Shown piece after piece: positions 17,032-26,586 of a DNA stretch of 54,768 nucleotides. The notes under the pieces were generated by a model. That model did not search any database. It saw nothing but the letters and a program-made list of their open reading frames with translations, and was not told the DNA's origin. The position numbers and the translations under genes were made by a program. Positions within the stretch are counted from its first letter, which is position 1. Each line of letters begins with the position of its first letter. The DNA comes from a virus (taxonomy: Duplodnaviria > Caudoviricetes), in the IMG/VR virus record IMGVR_UViG_3300033143_005875, positions 1-54,768 of that record, one strand, 5' to 3'.

Positions 17032-19006
17032 ACGCGGTCTTCGCCCGCGTCCGCATCCGCTTCCCGAAGTTCCACACCTGCTCGCTCACCACCGTTCCCA
17101 TACTCATCCCCGGGCTCATCACCTGCTGGTTCCACACGGCCTCGAGCATCGTGCCCACCCGCACTCCAGGGGTCGGGTAGTTCCACGTCACCGTCACCGC
17201 CCGCCGCTCGCGCCCGTACCACGCCTTCGCCATCGCCGCCACGATCAGCATCGTCCACGTGTCGTCCCGCACGGGGTTGGCGCCGTCATAGACGTGCAGC
17301 GTGCCGTCCGCGTTGATCTCGTCTATCGTGCCAGGCGTGACCCACCAGTACTCCGCGCCCCGAGCGTAGATCGTCACCACCCGCTCCGGGCCGTCGTCGT
17401 CGTCGGGCGCGACCTCGACCACCACCCTGATCCGCTCGTCCAGCCGCACGGCCATCGTCGCCACGATGCTGTCGTACTCATACGTCGGCGGCTCCATCAT
17501 CACGGGCAGCCCCGCCGCGCCCGCCATCATCACCATCGGGTTGGCCCGCAGGTAGAACGCCAGCTCGTGCTCCACCAGCTTCACCGCCACCGCAGGATAC
17601 CCCTCCAGCGCCTCGGGGTCCGCCGGCGGATGGTCGATCCGAATGTACTTGCCGTCCTGCTGCGGATGCGATACCCACACCAGCGGCCGCCGATACCGAG
17701 GCTCTGCCACACCGCCCCCCGCGTCCACGATCGGCACCAGCGGCTCGAAGTGCTTCGCCCACCGCCAATACGCCGCCTGCTCGCTCCCGTCCACCGTCCC
17801 GTCGTCCTTCGCCTTCGGCGCCGCATTCCCTCCGCCCAGCCCATACCAGTCCCACGCGTTCGGCACCCTGTGGTAGCAGCCCACCCGCGCGAATCGCAGA
17901 CGCGCGCCGAACCGATCGTTGCCCTCGATGTCGCCCGCCGACGCCTTCCACGCCGCCTCCTCCGCAGCACTCCAGCCCGCCTCCAGCGTGCTCGAGCCGT
18001 AGCTGACCGTGAAGCCGCTGACGATCCGCTCGCCCAGCACCTCGATTTTGTGCACGCGTTGGCTCAGCTCGCGCACCACGACCGCCTCGCCGATCTCGCC
18101 CGTCTCGTCGTCCAGCACCAGTGCCGCCTGCTCCGTGTTCGCCGGCAGCGTGACCCCGCAGACGCTGATCGGGGTATCGAAGTGCGTGAAGACCCAAATA
18201 CATACCGCGTCGCCGTCCACCCGCACCGTCCACCCCTGGCCGCGACGCCGGTCGATCAACATATTCAGCGCGCCGCGCAGGGTCTGCCCCTCGAACCGCC
18301 ACTGCTCCACCGCGTGCTCGAGGATCCCCGTCTGGCCCGCCAGGCTCCAGTTCGTCCCGTCACCGAGGTCGGGCCCGAACCACTTCAGCAGCGCCTCCGC
18401 GATATTGTGGCTCGTCCACTTCTCCTTCTCACCGAACGCATAGTAACCACCAGACATCTTATCGCTCGAGCGGTTTCCCAGCACGTACCCCCCGCGCCGA
18501 TACCGCATGTTGAAGCACGGCAGCCAGCCGATCTGGCTCTCTGCCCAGCCGTTGTGTATCTGCGCCGTCGTGCACCGCACGCCGTCCAGGCAGTGCTCGA
18601 TGCCCCACGCCAGCAGCGTCTGCCAGCCCCGCGCGTCCTCACCGTCGTCGCTCGTCACCCCATACGGCTCGTACGGCACGTCCCCGAGGATCCCGTGCCA
18701 GATGGGGACGGGGTCGCTGTCATACGCACTCACCAGGCTCACTCGCACGAAGTGATTGGCGAGCTCCAGCGGCAGCTCCTCGCAGAACTCCGCCCGATCC
18801 TCGTGCGCGACCTGCCCGTACCGCCACCTGAAGTACGCCTTCGGCATCCCCGGCTGCGCCACGTCCACCGCCTGCACGGGGTGCAGATAGTCCTGAACCA
18901 CCCACTCGCCGCCCCACGTCTGACGCGTCTCCACCAGCGGATGCACGCGCGGCACGTCCGCCGCACTCGCCAGAGCCACCGACAGGGGTATCTGCACCGT
19001 CGCCAT
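17006..19006 (-). CDS. Putative tail hub / baseplate protein (666 aa)
   Basis: Size and position downstream of the tape measure; no catalytic motif seen. Confidence 0.55.
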   Translation of the reverse strand: MATVQIPLSVALASAADVPRVHPLVETRQTWGGEWVVQDYLHPVQAVDVAQPGMPKAYFRWRYGQVAHEDRAEFCEELPLELANHFVRVSLVSAYDSDPVPIWHGILGDVPYEPYGVTSDDGEDARGWQTLLAWGIEHCLDGVRCTTAQIHNGWAESQIGWLPCFNMRYRRGGYVLGNRSSDKMSGGYYAFGEKEKWTSHNIAEALLKWFGPDLGDGTNWSLAGQTGILEHAVEQWRFEGQTLRGALNMLIDRRRGQGWTVRVDGDAVCIWVFTHFDTPISVCGVTLPANTEQAALVLDDETGEIGEAVVVRELSQRVHKIEVLGERIVSGFTVSYGSSTLEAGWSAAEEAAWKASAGDIEGNDRFGARLRFARVGCYHRVPNAWDWYGLGGGNAAPKAKDDGTVDGSEQAAYWRWAKHFEPLVPIVDAGGGVAEPRYRRPLVWVSHPQQDGKYIRIDHPPADPEALEGYPAVAVKLVEHELAFYLRANPMVMMAGAAGLPVMMEPPTYEYDSIVATMAVRLDERIRVVVEVAPDDDDGPERVVTIYARGAEYWWVTPGTIDEINADGTLHVYDGANPVRDDTWTMLIVAAMAKAWYGRERRAVTVTWNYPTPGVRVGTMLEAVWNQQVMSPGMSMGTVVSEQVWNFGKRMRTRAKTAFAELDWSG

Positions 19007-19221
19007 CAGCCCTCACCTGCCTCCATCCGCTCCAACCGCCCCATCCGCCGCGACCTGTCGTTCCGCCGCCGGTAGCAGTTACTGCACAGCCGCCGTCCGG
19101 GCTTCCCCCTGAACAGTTTCCCGCACTCCCGACACTCGATCTCGACCCTCTGCCCCCGCCGCCACCCCCGCGCCCGCAGCGCCCGCTCCTGCTCCCGCAG
19201 CCACTCGATGTCCAGCCTCAC
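19006..19221 (-). CDS. Small zinc-finger protein
   Basis: CRECG...LCSNC. Confidence 0.45.
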   Translation of the reverse strand: MRLDIEWLREQERALRARGWRRGQRVEIECRECGKLFRGKPGRRLCSNCYRRRNDRSRRMGRLERMEAGEG

Positions 19222-19321
19222 CGCTCTTCTCCTTTCCGCTCCGCAGCTTCCCCGCCCTACTGACCTCTGTCCTCTTCCCTATCCCACTGACCTCTGACCT
19301 CTGACCGCTGACCTCTGGCTC

Positions 19322-20020
19322 CTATTCCCCCTGCTTATCGATCGTGCCCAGGAACGCTCCCGCCCCAGGTGCCGCCGGCCCGTCCGTCTCCGCCTCGCAG
19401 CTCACGCTCGTCGTGTTCGTGCTGTCCAGCGACCCGTTCCGCGCCCGCACCAGCGTCTTCACCGTCAGCCCGTCCGCAAACGCGCCGCTCGTCCAGTCCA
19501 GCTTCGCCACCCCGTCCGACCTCACCATCGCCACCGTCGCGTCCGCCGCGCCCGTCGGGTCGGGCTCCGTCCCGTCGCTCGTCTGCCAGATCGCCCACGT
19601 GTCCGCCGCGTCGTCGCCGTCCGCCAGGTAGTTGTACCGCGCCCGCACCCGCACCGCGCCCGCCGCCGCGGCCTCCGCCGTGACGTCATACGGCGGCGAC
19701 GGCCGCACCCCGACCTCGTTCCCGCCCGCGTCGATCTCCAGCACCGTCTCACCCACGTTCTCGCTGCTCAGCCCAAACTCGTTCCGCTCCCGAACCACCA
19801 GATAGTACGTGTGCCCCGCCGCCAGCGCCGCACTCTCGAACGGCAGCGTCGCACTCGTCGCGTCCGGCGCACCCGTCAGATCGGGGCTCGCGTCCTGCCC
19901 CACGTACAGCTCGTACCTGTCCAGCGCCGTCTCCGCCACCCGCCACAGCCCCCGAAGCTGCGCCGACGCCGTCCGCAGCACCCGCCACAAGCCCCTGAGC
20001 TGCCCGCTGTACGTCGCCAT
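19322..20020 (-). CDS. Virion protein with fibronectin-III-like domains
   Basis: YELY..., L.AGHTYYLVVRERNEFGLSSEN, VRARNG..STN Fn3-like strands. Confidence 0.6.
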   Translation of the reverse strand: MATYSGQLRGLWRVLRTASAQLRGLWRVAETALDRYELYVGQDASPDLTGAPDATSATLPFESAALAAGHTYYLVVRERNEFGLSSENVGETVLEIDAGGNEVGVRPSPPYDVTAEAAAAGAVRVRARYNYLADGDDAADTWAIWQTSDGTEPDPTGAADATVAMVRSDGVAKLDWTSGAFADGLTVKTLVRARNGSLDSTNTTSVSCEAETDGPAAPGAGAFLGTIDKQGE

Positions 20021-20033
20021 CTACCGCTCCGCC

Positions 20034-20480
20034 CTACATGCCGACCGCTGCCGCCAACTCGTTCCGCACCGCACGGCGCAATTCGTCCAGCGTGAATCCC
20101 ATCACCAGCGCCGGCTTGATCCGCGCGTGCGGCATGCGGCGGATCACCAGGCTGTACGCCTCGTTTACCGCCAGCCCGCAGCACGCGACCAGATACAGCC
20201 ACGCGATGCACGGCGACCTGCTCTGACCCCGCGAACAGTGCACCAGCACCACCGCCCCATCAGCCGCCCGAGCCCTGTCTATGAACGCTACCGCCTTCGC
20301 CACCGTGTCCAGGCACGCCGGCACGCAATCGGCCATCATGAAGAACCTGCTGTCCACCCCATCATCGAAGTCGTTGGGCCGCTCCGATACGTTCGCCACC
20401 GCGCCCCACGTCCCACGCTCCTGCGGCCGCGCCCCCACAAACAGCCTGGTTGCGATCTGAACCGGCCCTCTGGCGTCCAC
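20034..20480 (-). CDS. Dual-specificity / tyrosine phosphatase family protein
   Basis: QIATRLFVG and VLVHCSRGQSRS (HCxxGxxRS P-loop); GTG start with GCAGGAG RBS. Confidence 0.88.
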   Translation of the reverse strand: MDARGPVQIATRLFVGARPQERGTWGAVANVSERPNDFDDGVDSRFFMMADCVPACLDTVAKAVAFIDRARAADGAVVLVHCSRGQSRSPCIAWLYLVACCGLAVNEAYSLVIRRMPHARIKPALVMGFTLDELRRAVRNELAAAVGM

Positions 20481-20515
20481 GCCCCGATCTCCTGCTTCTC
20501 CGCCCCCACCACGCC

Positions 20516-21547
20516 TCACGCCGTCTCGAACTGCACGCTCAGCAACCCCTCGACCCTCGGATCCGCGTCCTGACCGTCCACGATCAACCGCTCCAGCCAC
20601 AGCCCACGACGCCCGCCAGCCGACAGGCTCCCCACGCTCACCACGTTCGCGTCCGAAGCGCTCAGCGGATGATACGTCGTCACGGGCACCGCCGCGCCCT
20701 CGCCCGCGCTGACCCTGCTGCTGAACGCCAGGTCGGTCGGGGCCTCCGCGCCGATCCGATACGGGCTCACGCAGTGCAGCACGTCGTCCGCGACCCCCGC
20801 CGCCGCCGTCCCCTCGCCCCACACGTCCCGCTCCGCCGCCGACACCGCCAGCTCGCTCGAGCTGGTCTTCTCATACCGCATCACCTCGCCCGTCGTGGCG
20901 TTGATCACGAACTGGTGTTGCGGCCAGTCCCCGAACCCGCCCGCAGCCTTCGCCGTGATGGCCACCGCACCCGCCGCCGCATACCCCGCGGCGTCCACCT
21001 CAGCGGTGTCCGCCAGCCCCCGCAGCCAGATCTTGATGTTCTCGATCGCGAACGCCGTCTTGTTGATGAAGGCGAAGCACCGGATCTCCGTGTCGCCCGC
21101 CGCCCGCTCCGCGTCGTGTGCGATGTCCCACATGTTGTTGTACGTGTCCGTCAGCGTCAGCGCCATCGTCTCGCCAATGCTCAGCGCCACCGCGTCCGTC
21201 CGCGTGACCGTCACGCACTTGTCCTCGTTGTCGCCCGGCACCACCTTCGTCTGCCCGTTCGCGATCGTGACCGCAGGGCCCTCGCTCCCGCCCGGCGGCG
21301 TGTACGCGACCGCACTCGCTCCCGTCACCCGCACCATCCCCGTCCCCGGCTCGTTCTCCGCCGACGCGAAGTCGATCCGCAGGTTGGCCGGCCCGCCCGT
21401 CACCACGATCCCCAGGCACACCAGCCGCGTCTCGCTCATGTAGTAGCCGAGGCTCGATATCGCATACGGCTGCGACCCGCCGTACGAATAGGCGCCCGTC
21501 AGGAACCACCACAGCCCGTCCGCTCCGTCATACTGGCAGTATGCCAC
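20516..21547 (-). CDS. Putative tail protein
   Basis: Beta-rich ORF in the tail operon. Confidence 0.55.
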   Translation of the reverse strand: MAYCQYDGADGLWWFLTGAYSYGGSQPYAISSLGYYMSETRLVCLGIVVTGGPANLRIDFASAENEPGTGMVRVTGASAVAYTPPGGSEGPAVTIANGQTKVVPGDNEDKCVTVTRTDAVALSIGETMALTLTDTYNNMWDIAHDAERAAGDTEIRCFAFINKTAFAIENIKIWLRGLADTAEVDAAGYAAAGAVAITAKAAGGFGDWPQHQFVINATTGEVMRYEKTSSSELAVSAAERDVWGEGTAAAGVADDVLHCVSPYRIGAEAPTDLAFSSRVSAGEGAAVPVTTYHPLSASDANVVSVGSLSAGGRRGLWLERLIVDGQDADPRVEGLLSVQFETA

Positions 21548-21557
21548 CGCTCACCTC

Positions 21558-22073
21558 TCAGCTTGCCGCTACCGTCACCTTGCCCGTTACGCTCGAGTAC
21601 GACAGCCCTACGTCGGGCGGATCCGGGTGCCGCACCATCAGCACCGCCAGACCCGCCGCCGTCCCCGCGTTCCCGTCCTCGCCATACGCCGTCACCCGGA
21701 ACCTGTGGCTCGCCCCATCCTCCAGCCACCCGCTCGTCCACCTGTAGTACCCCTGCCCACGCTCCCGCACCCGCGCGCGCCGCACCCACGACCCGCTTAC
21801 CAGCTCGTGCACCAGGTAGTGCCCCGCACCCACCACCCGATACCACTGCACCACCACCTGCCCAGGATACCCCTGCGGCAGCTCCGTCGCGTCGTCCGTC
21901 ACCACGAATACCGGATACCAGCCGCCCGGCACCGTGACGTCCCAGTGCCTCGCCGACGTCGTCCCCACCAGCACCCCGTCCTGCCACACGTACACCGTCC
22001 CCGCACCGCTGTCCCACCCCAGCCGCCACCCCGTCACCCCCATCCGCCGCACTGTCAGCCCCGTCACCGCCAT
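21558..22073 (-). CDS. Virion protein, Fn3-like
   Basis: LEDGASHRFRVTAYGEDGN Fn3-like signature. Confidence 0.55.
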   Translation of the reverse strand: MAVTGLTVRRMGVTGWRLGWDSGAGTVYVWQDGVLVGTTSARHWDVTVPGGWYPVFVVTDDATELPQGYPGQVVVQWYRVVGAGHYLVHELVSGSWVRRARVRERGQGYYRWTSGWLEDGASHRFRVTAYGEDGNAGTAAGLAVLMVRHPDPPDVGLSYSSVTGKVTVAAS

Positions 22074-22159
22074 GCTCTAATCCGTCCTCTCGCGCTCTTG
22101 CTCGTCCTCTTGCTCGTGCTCCTGCTCGTGCTCGATCTTCTCTTCTCTCCCCTCCCGCG

Positions 22160-22558
22160 TCACGCCTTCTTCTGCTGCACCAGCCACTCCAGCCACAGCA
22201 GCACGTTCCCGTCGTTCACCCGAGCACTCCCCACCGCCACCGGCAGCGACTGCGGCGCCCGCACCTTCCGCACCTTCAGCACCACCACGTTCGCCACCTC
22301 TTCCCCGCTCCCGTACTTGACCGTCCCGATCTGACCCTCGAGCGCCTTGCACGCCGCATACTCCGTCTCCGCGTCCGCCACGCTCGCCACGTCCAGCACC
22401 GTCAACAGCGGGCTGACGTCCGCGCGCTTCCCCAGCTCGCCGAACGCGTGCCCGTCCACACCAGGTCGCGTGATGTCCTCGAGCTGAAGCCCCAGCTCGT
22501 CCACCGTCCCCCGCAGGACCATCATCACGTCCCGATCCAGCACGCTCGGCGTCGCCAT
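22160..22558 (-). CDS. Putative distal tail protein
   Basis: Immediately follows the tape measure with stop/start overlap. Confidence 0.5.
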   Translation of the reverse strand: MATPSVLDRDVMMVLRGTVDELGLQLEDITRPGVDGHAFGELGKRADVSPLLTVLDVASVADAETEYAACKALEGQIGTVKYGSGEEVANVVVLKVRKVRAPQSLPVAVGSARVNDGNVLLWLEWLVQQKKA

Positions 22559-24033
22559 CAGTACTCACCTCCAGGTGCCGCCCGCTGCTTCCCCCGTTCG
22601 TGCGTCGCGAAATCACCCGTCGCCCTGTCCAGGTTCCCCGCCGCCGCACCCAGTCGCTCCGCCACGTCGTCCAGATCGTCCTTCGTCATCTGCGGCCCAC
22701 CCGCCGCCGTGGTTCCGCCAGCCGCTCCCAGCACGATGTCAGCCAGGTTCAGTCCGCTCACACCCGACGGCACGTACTTGAGGTGCTCGACATAGGCCAT
22801 GGCCCCCCGGATTGTCGCAGCCCCTCCGCCGATATGGCGCACGGCTTCGCCTGCCAGCCGTCGCACGAACCGCGTGCCCATCAGCTTGCCGCTTTCGATG
22901 TCGCTTTTCATCGCTGCGTCGAAGGCCGCGCTCGCTGTCAATTCGCCCCCGCCGAGCGCCCGCTCTCTGGTAACCTGGAGCCCCTGCTTCGCTTCCCACT
23001 CCTCCAGCCACGCCCTGTTCCGCGGGTCACTCTTCCATATCGCCATCAACTGCGCCGCCGCGTCCTCCGGCCCGCCCGTCAGCGCCTGCGCGCCGCGCAA
23101 CTCCGTCGCCAGGCTCTCGATATCGCCCGCCGTGCCGAGGATCCCCCTGTAGCCCATCATCGCCTCGATCCGGCCACCCATCCACGTCTGAAGCCGCTTG
23201 TCACTCAGCCCCATCCCCTCGATCTTCCGCGCCGCACCCACCAGCCCCATCCCCCCCATCCCCTTCTTCATCATGACCTTCTGGAACGCCCTGATCCGCG
23301 TGCCCGCACCCAGCGCCTTCGCCATCGGATCCGTCCCCTCCACCTGCCACGCCACCATCGCGACCGCCGCCATCACCTCCTCGTCCGACATCTGCAACTG
23401 CGCGCCCAGCGGCGCCGCCCGCGCCGCGCCAGCGGAGATCCCGAGCAAGTCCGCCGGGCTCCGCCCGCTTGCCGTCAGCAGCTTGTTCAGGATGTCCTTG
23501 TGCGTCCCCGCCTCTCCGCGGCCCATTCCGCTCTGGATCGTCTGCACCGCCGTCGCCAACTGCGCGGGGTCCTTCACTGCAGGGTACAGACCCGCGTACA
23601 GCCCCCGCTTCCCCCCGATTCCCGCCGATTCCAGTGTGAATTGCAACGCGTACGCCTGCTCGTCAGGCATCCGCAGGCGCGACGCCTCTGCCGCACCAAC
23701 CATCTGCTGATAGTGCGCGGGGCTCGTCGCGAGCTGCGCCAGCGCGCCCTTCGACTCGATCGTGCCCCTGATCCCGCCCGCAGCCGCCTCCCGCTCCTCG
23801 CGCATCGTCCGCAGCGCCTTCGTGACCCCAGCGATCACCGCCCCTACCGTGGCGAACTGCATCACCATCCCCGTCAGCTCTGTGGTGATGCCCTTGCTCG
23901 CGCGCTTCCCAGCGCCCTGCATCTTCGTGAGCTTCCCCTCGAGCTCCGCCACCTTCACGCCGAGGTCGGCCGTCGCCTTCATCGCACCACCCGAGTCGCC
24001 AGCCCACTCGATCAGGTTCTTGCTCTTCGCCAT
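22558..24033 (-). CDS. Tape measure protein (short, 491 aa)
   Basis: Ala/Gly/Met-rich helical protein directly after the frameshifted chaperone pair. Confidence 0.75.
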   Translation of the reverse strand: MAKSKNLIEWAGDSGGAMKATADLGVKVAELEGKLTKMQGAGKRASKGITTELTGMVMQFATVGAVIAGVTKALRTMREEREAAAGGIRGTIESKGALAQLATSPAHYQQMVGAAEASRLRMPDEQAYALQFTLESAGIGGKRGLYAGLYPAVKDPAQLATAVQTIQSGMGRGEAGTHKDILNKLLTASGRSPADLLGISAGAARAAPLGAQLQMSDEEVMAAVAMVAWQVEGTDPMAKALGAGTRIRAFQKVMMKKGMGGMGLVGAARKIEGMGLSDKRLQTWMGGRIEAMMGYRGILGTAGDIESLATELRGAQALTGGPEDAAAQLMAIWKSDPRNRAWLEEWEAKQGLQVTRERALGGGELTASAAFDAAMKSDIESGKLMGTRFVRRLAGEAVRHIGGGAATIRGAMAYVEHLKYVPSGVSGLNLADIVLGAAGGTTAAGGPQMTKDDLDDVAERLGAAAGNLDRATGDFATHERGKQRAAPGGEY

Positions 24034-24037
24034 CCCA

Positions 24038-24241
24038 TTACCCTCGCATCAACAGCCCAGCCAGGACCGCCGCAGCCTCCTCCATCCGCTCCGCCGCACG
24101 CGCCACCCGCTCGTCTGGCTCGAGCGTCTCCATCTGCCACCACAAGTCTGCATACGTCGGCTGATAGCCACTTAGCCGCCCGCGCCGCCAGCTCTCGAAC
24201 TGGAGCCATCGTCTGTGGCGGGGGCGGCGTCCGCGTTTCCC
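24038..24241 (-). CDS. Tail assembly chaperone -1 frameshift extension (gpT-like)
   Basis: The -1 frame after G GGA AAC reads KRGRRPRHRRW...YQPTYADLWW to a stop at 24038. Confidence 0.7.
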   Translation of the reverse strand, partial: GKRGRRPRHRRWLQFESWRRGRLSGYQPTYADLWWQMETLEPDERVARAAERMEEAAAVLAGLLMRG

Positions 24242-24957
24242 TGCACCTCGCTCGCTACCGCCAGGCGCGTCGGCATGTCGATCGCCGCCTGGAGCACCCG
24301 ATCCGCCGCATGCGTGTCCACCAGCTTCAGGTGGCTCGCCGCCCACCCCACCGCGTCCACGTGATAGTTCACCGCCAGCGCGCCCACCGCGACGTCCATC
24401 CACTCCTCCGGCACGTACGACAGCGGCTTGTCCGCCCGCGACAGCTCCGCCATCAGGTCGAAGAACTCGCCCACCCGCCCGCTCCACGCCCCGTGCGCCG
24501 TCACCTCGCCGCGCACCCACCCCCCGTCAGGCCCCAACTGCATCGCCTGCGGCAGGTTCGTCCCGCCCGCAGACGCCCGAGCGATGGGCACCAGCCACTT
24601 GTGCCCGTCCGCCAGCAGCGTCCAGTGCCCGTCCACCACCTCGGCACGCTCCAGGTCGCCGGGCCCGGGCGGAGACGCCACATAGTGCCCCACCCACAGC
24701 CCCTCGCGGCCCTGCGCCGCCGTCCACTCCATCGCCAGGCCCTCCGGCACCGCGTCCGCCGCGTAGCAGCCCAGCACGGGCTCCTCGGCGTCCGGCCGCA
24801 GCGGCCGCAGCAGGCACCCCTGCCCGCCAGGCCCCGCCTCCGTCGGCCGCTTGTCCAGGTCCCGCCGCCCAATCACCTCCGCCAGACCCAGCTCCGCCAG
24901 ATCCGACTTCGCCACCCCCTGCCTGCCCGCTACAAACCACACCAATCCCGCCATCAC
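24172..24957 (-). CDS. Tail assembly chaperone (gpG-like)
   Basis: Between tail tube and tape measure; carries an in-phase slippery heptamer GGGAAAC at 24235-24241. Confidence 0.7.
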   Translation of the reverse strand: MMAGLVWFVAGRQGVAKSDLAELGLAEVIGRRDLDKRPTEAGPGGQGCLLRPLRPDAEEPVLGCYAADAVPEGLAMEWTAAQGREGLWVGHYVASPPGPGDLERAEVVDGHWTLLADGHKWLVPIARASAGGTNLPQAMQLGPDGGWVRGEVTAHGAWSGRVGEFFDLMAELSRADKPLSYVPEEWMDVAVGALAVNYHVDAVGWAASHLKLVDTHAADRVLQAAIDMPTRLAVASEVQGNADAAPATDDGSSSRAGGAGG

Positions 24958-25034
24958 CCGCTCTCCTTTCCGCCCCCGCTTTTACTCGTGCTCGTGCTCA
25001 TGCTCGTGCTCGATCTTCTTTTCCCAACCCGCCT

Positions 25035-25967
25035 CTATGTGATCGCCGACGTCGTGTCCACGACGAGGATCGCGTTAGTGCCATCCCAAGTGGGCTGAAT
25101 CACCACCTCCGCCATGCTCACCGCCCCATGCGTCTGCGGAATGCTCCGCACCGCAAACCGGCCGTCGTTCACCGTGAACTTGATGTGCTCATTCGTCCCC
25201 GCCGCCACCCGCGTCCCACCCTCCTGCACCTTCCGTAGATACGCCACGCTGTCGCTCGCAGTCACCCCCTTGCCCACCAGGCCAATCTCCTCCAGGATCC
25301 CCGCGTCGCTCACCGTCACCGCGAGCTGCGGCACGCGCGTCATGATCGCCGCCAGGCGAGGGAACGGCTCGCCGCCGCCCGACAGCACCACCAGACCCAG
25401 CCCGAAGTCGATACGGATGCTCTGCACCCCGTCAACGTCCGACCCGTTCAGGTTTACCGGCCCGTGCACGAACGCCTCTGTGATCAGCGGCGTCCCCAGC
25501 ATCGTCTCCGTGTCCGCCAGCGTCACCGGATCGTTCGTCCCGTCCCACGTCGCCACCGCCTCGCACGCCAGCCGAGCCCCCCCGCTGTCCGCCGTCAGCG
25601 TCCGCGGCACCAGCAGCCCCTCGTTCATCGCCAGCAGCACGTGCGACGCGCCCGCCGCACGCGTCCCGCCCTCCTGTAGCTTGTGCAGCCAGCACTTCAG
25701 GATGGCGCTCGCATTGATCGCCAGCCCCACCGTCGCGAAGGTGTTCGACCCCTCCGCCAGCAGCGTCGCCACCTGCGTGGTCTCGAACCCAATCACGGGT
25801 CGGCACTCCGCGACCGCCGCATACTGCGGGTCCGGCAGCCCGTCGCCCGCCAGCAACATCTCCATCAGCCCAGGGTCGATGCCCAGCCCCGTGATCCCCG
25901 CGATCACCAGGTCGGTCGTCCTGTCCACCATCACGTGACTCAGCGTATATGCGTGTGTCAGCGCCAT
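25035..25967 (-). CDS. Putative major tail (tube) protein
   Basis: Position; RBS AAGGAGGA; start MALTHAY; internal duplication (QEGGTR..AG / TWDGTN twice). Confidence 0.65.
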   Translation of the reverse strand: MALTHAYTLSHVMVDRTTDLVIAGITGLGIDPGLMEMLLAGDGLPDPQYAAVAECRPVIGFETTQVATLLAEGSNTFATVGLAINASAILKCWLHKLQEGGTRAAGASHVLLAMNEGLLVPRTLTADSGGARLACEAVATWDGTNDPVTLADTETMLGTPLITEAFVHGPVNLNGSDVDGVQSIRIDFGLGLVVLSGGGEPFPRLAAIMTRVPQLAVTVSDAGILEEIGLVGKGVTASDSVAYLRKVQEGGTRVAAGTNEHIKFTVNDGRFAVRSIPQTHGAVSMAEVVIQPTWDGTNAILVVDTTSAIT

Positions 25968-25983
25968 CTCACCGTCCTCCTTG

Positions 25984-26499
25984 CTACCGTATCCGCTTCC
26001 GCCGCGTATGTGCCCGCATCTCCCGCGCCATCGTCTGATCGAATGCCTTTTGCCCCACCCGAGCCTGCTCGTCCATCTCCGTCTGCACCACCCGAGAGAA
26101 CTCATCGAACATGTCAGGCCCTGGAGCCTTGGTTCGCATAGACTGGTCAATGAAGAAGTGCTTCGGCGCGCGGAACTTGCCCAGCCCACGCACCACGTCC
26201 CGCTTCCTCGACCCCGTGACGCGCAGCCCCATCACGGCCAGCAGCGCCGTCCGCGAGGCACCGCTCCATTCCAGGTAGCGCGTGTGCCCCCACTTCCGAC
26301 CCTTCGCACGCTGATACTTCAGCGTCCGCGGCCTATACTTGTACCGCTGCTTCGCACGCTTCCCGAAGTGCCGAGGAGCGTGGTGCTTGTGCCAGTGCAG
26401 CGCCGCAGCACGCACGCCCGCCCTCACGGCACGATAGACCATCGCCGGCATCGCCTTCGGGTCAGCTCTGTATGTGATGATCACGCGAAACACGGTCAC
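25984..26499 (-). CDS. Basic neck / tail-completion-like protein
   Basis: Highly basic ORF upstream of the tail tube. Confidence 0.45.
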   Translation of the reverse strand: MTVFRVIITYRADPKAMPAMVYRAVRAGVRAAALHWHKHHAPRHFGKRAKQRYKYRPRTLKYQRAKGRKWGHTRYLEWSGASRTALLAVMGLRVTGSRKRDVVRGLGKFRAPKHFFIDQSMRTKAPGPDMFDEFSRVVQTEMDEQARVGQKAFDQTMAREMRAHTRRKRIR

Positions 26500-26531
26500 T
26501 CTCTTTTTTCTGCCCGCCGCCGATTTTTCTC

Positions 26532-26561
26532 TTGACGACTATCACCTATCCGTGCTAGAAT
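26532..26561 (+). promoter_or_regulatory. Sigma70-type promoter for the ligase cassette
   Basis: TTGACG-18 bp-TAGAAT with TG extended -10 and an upstream T-tract. Confidence 0.7.
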
Positions 26562-26586
26562 GGGCGCGCTACGAAAGGAGCACCCA

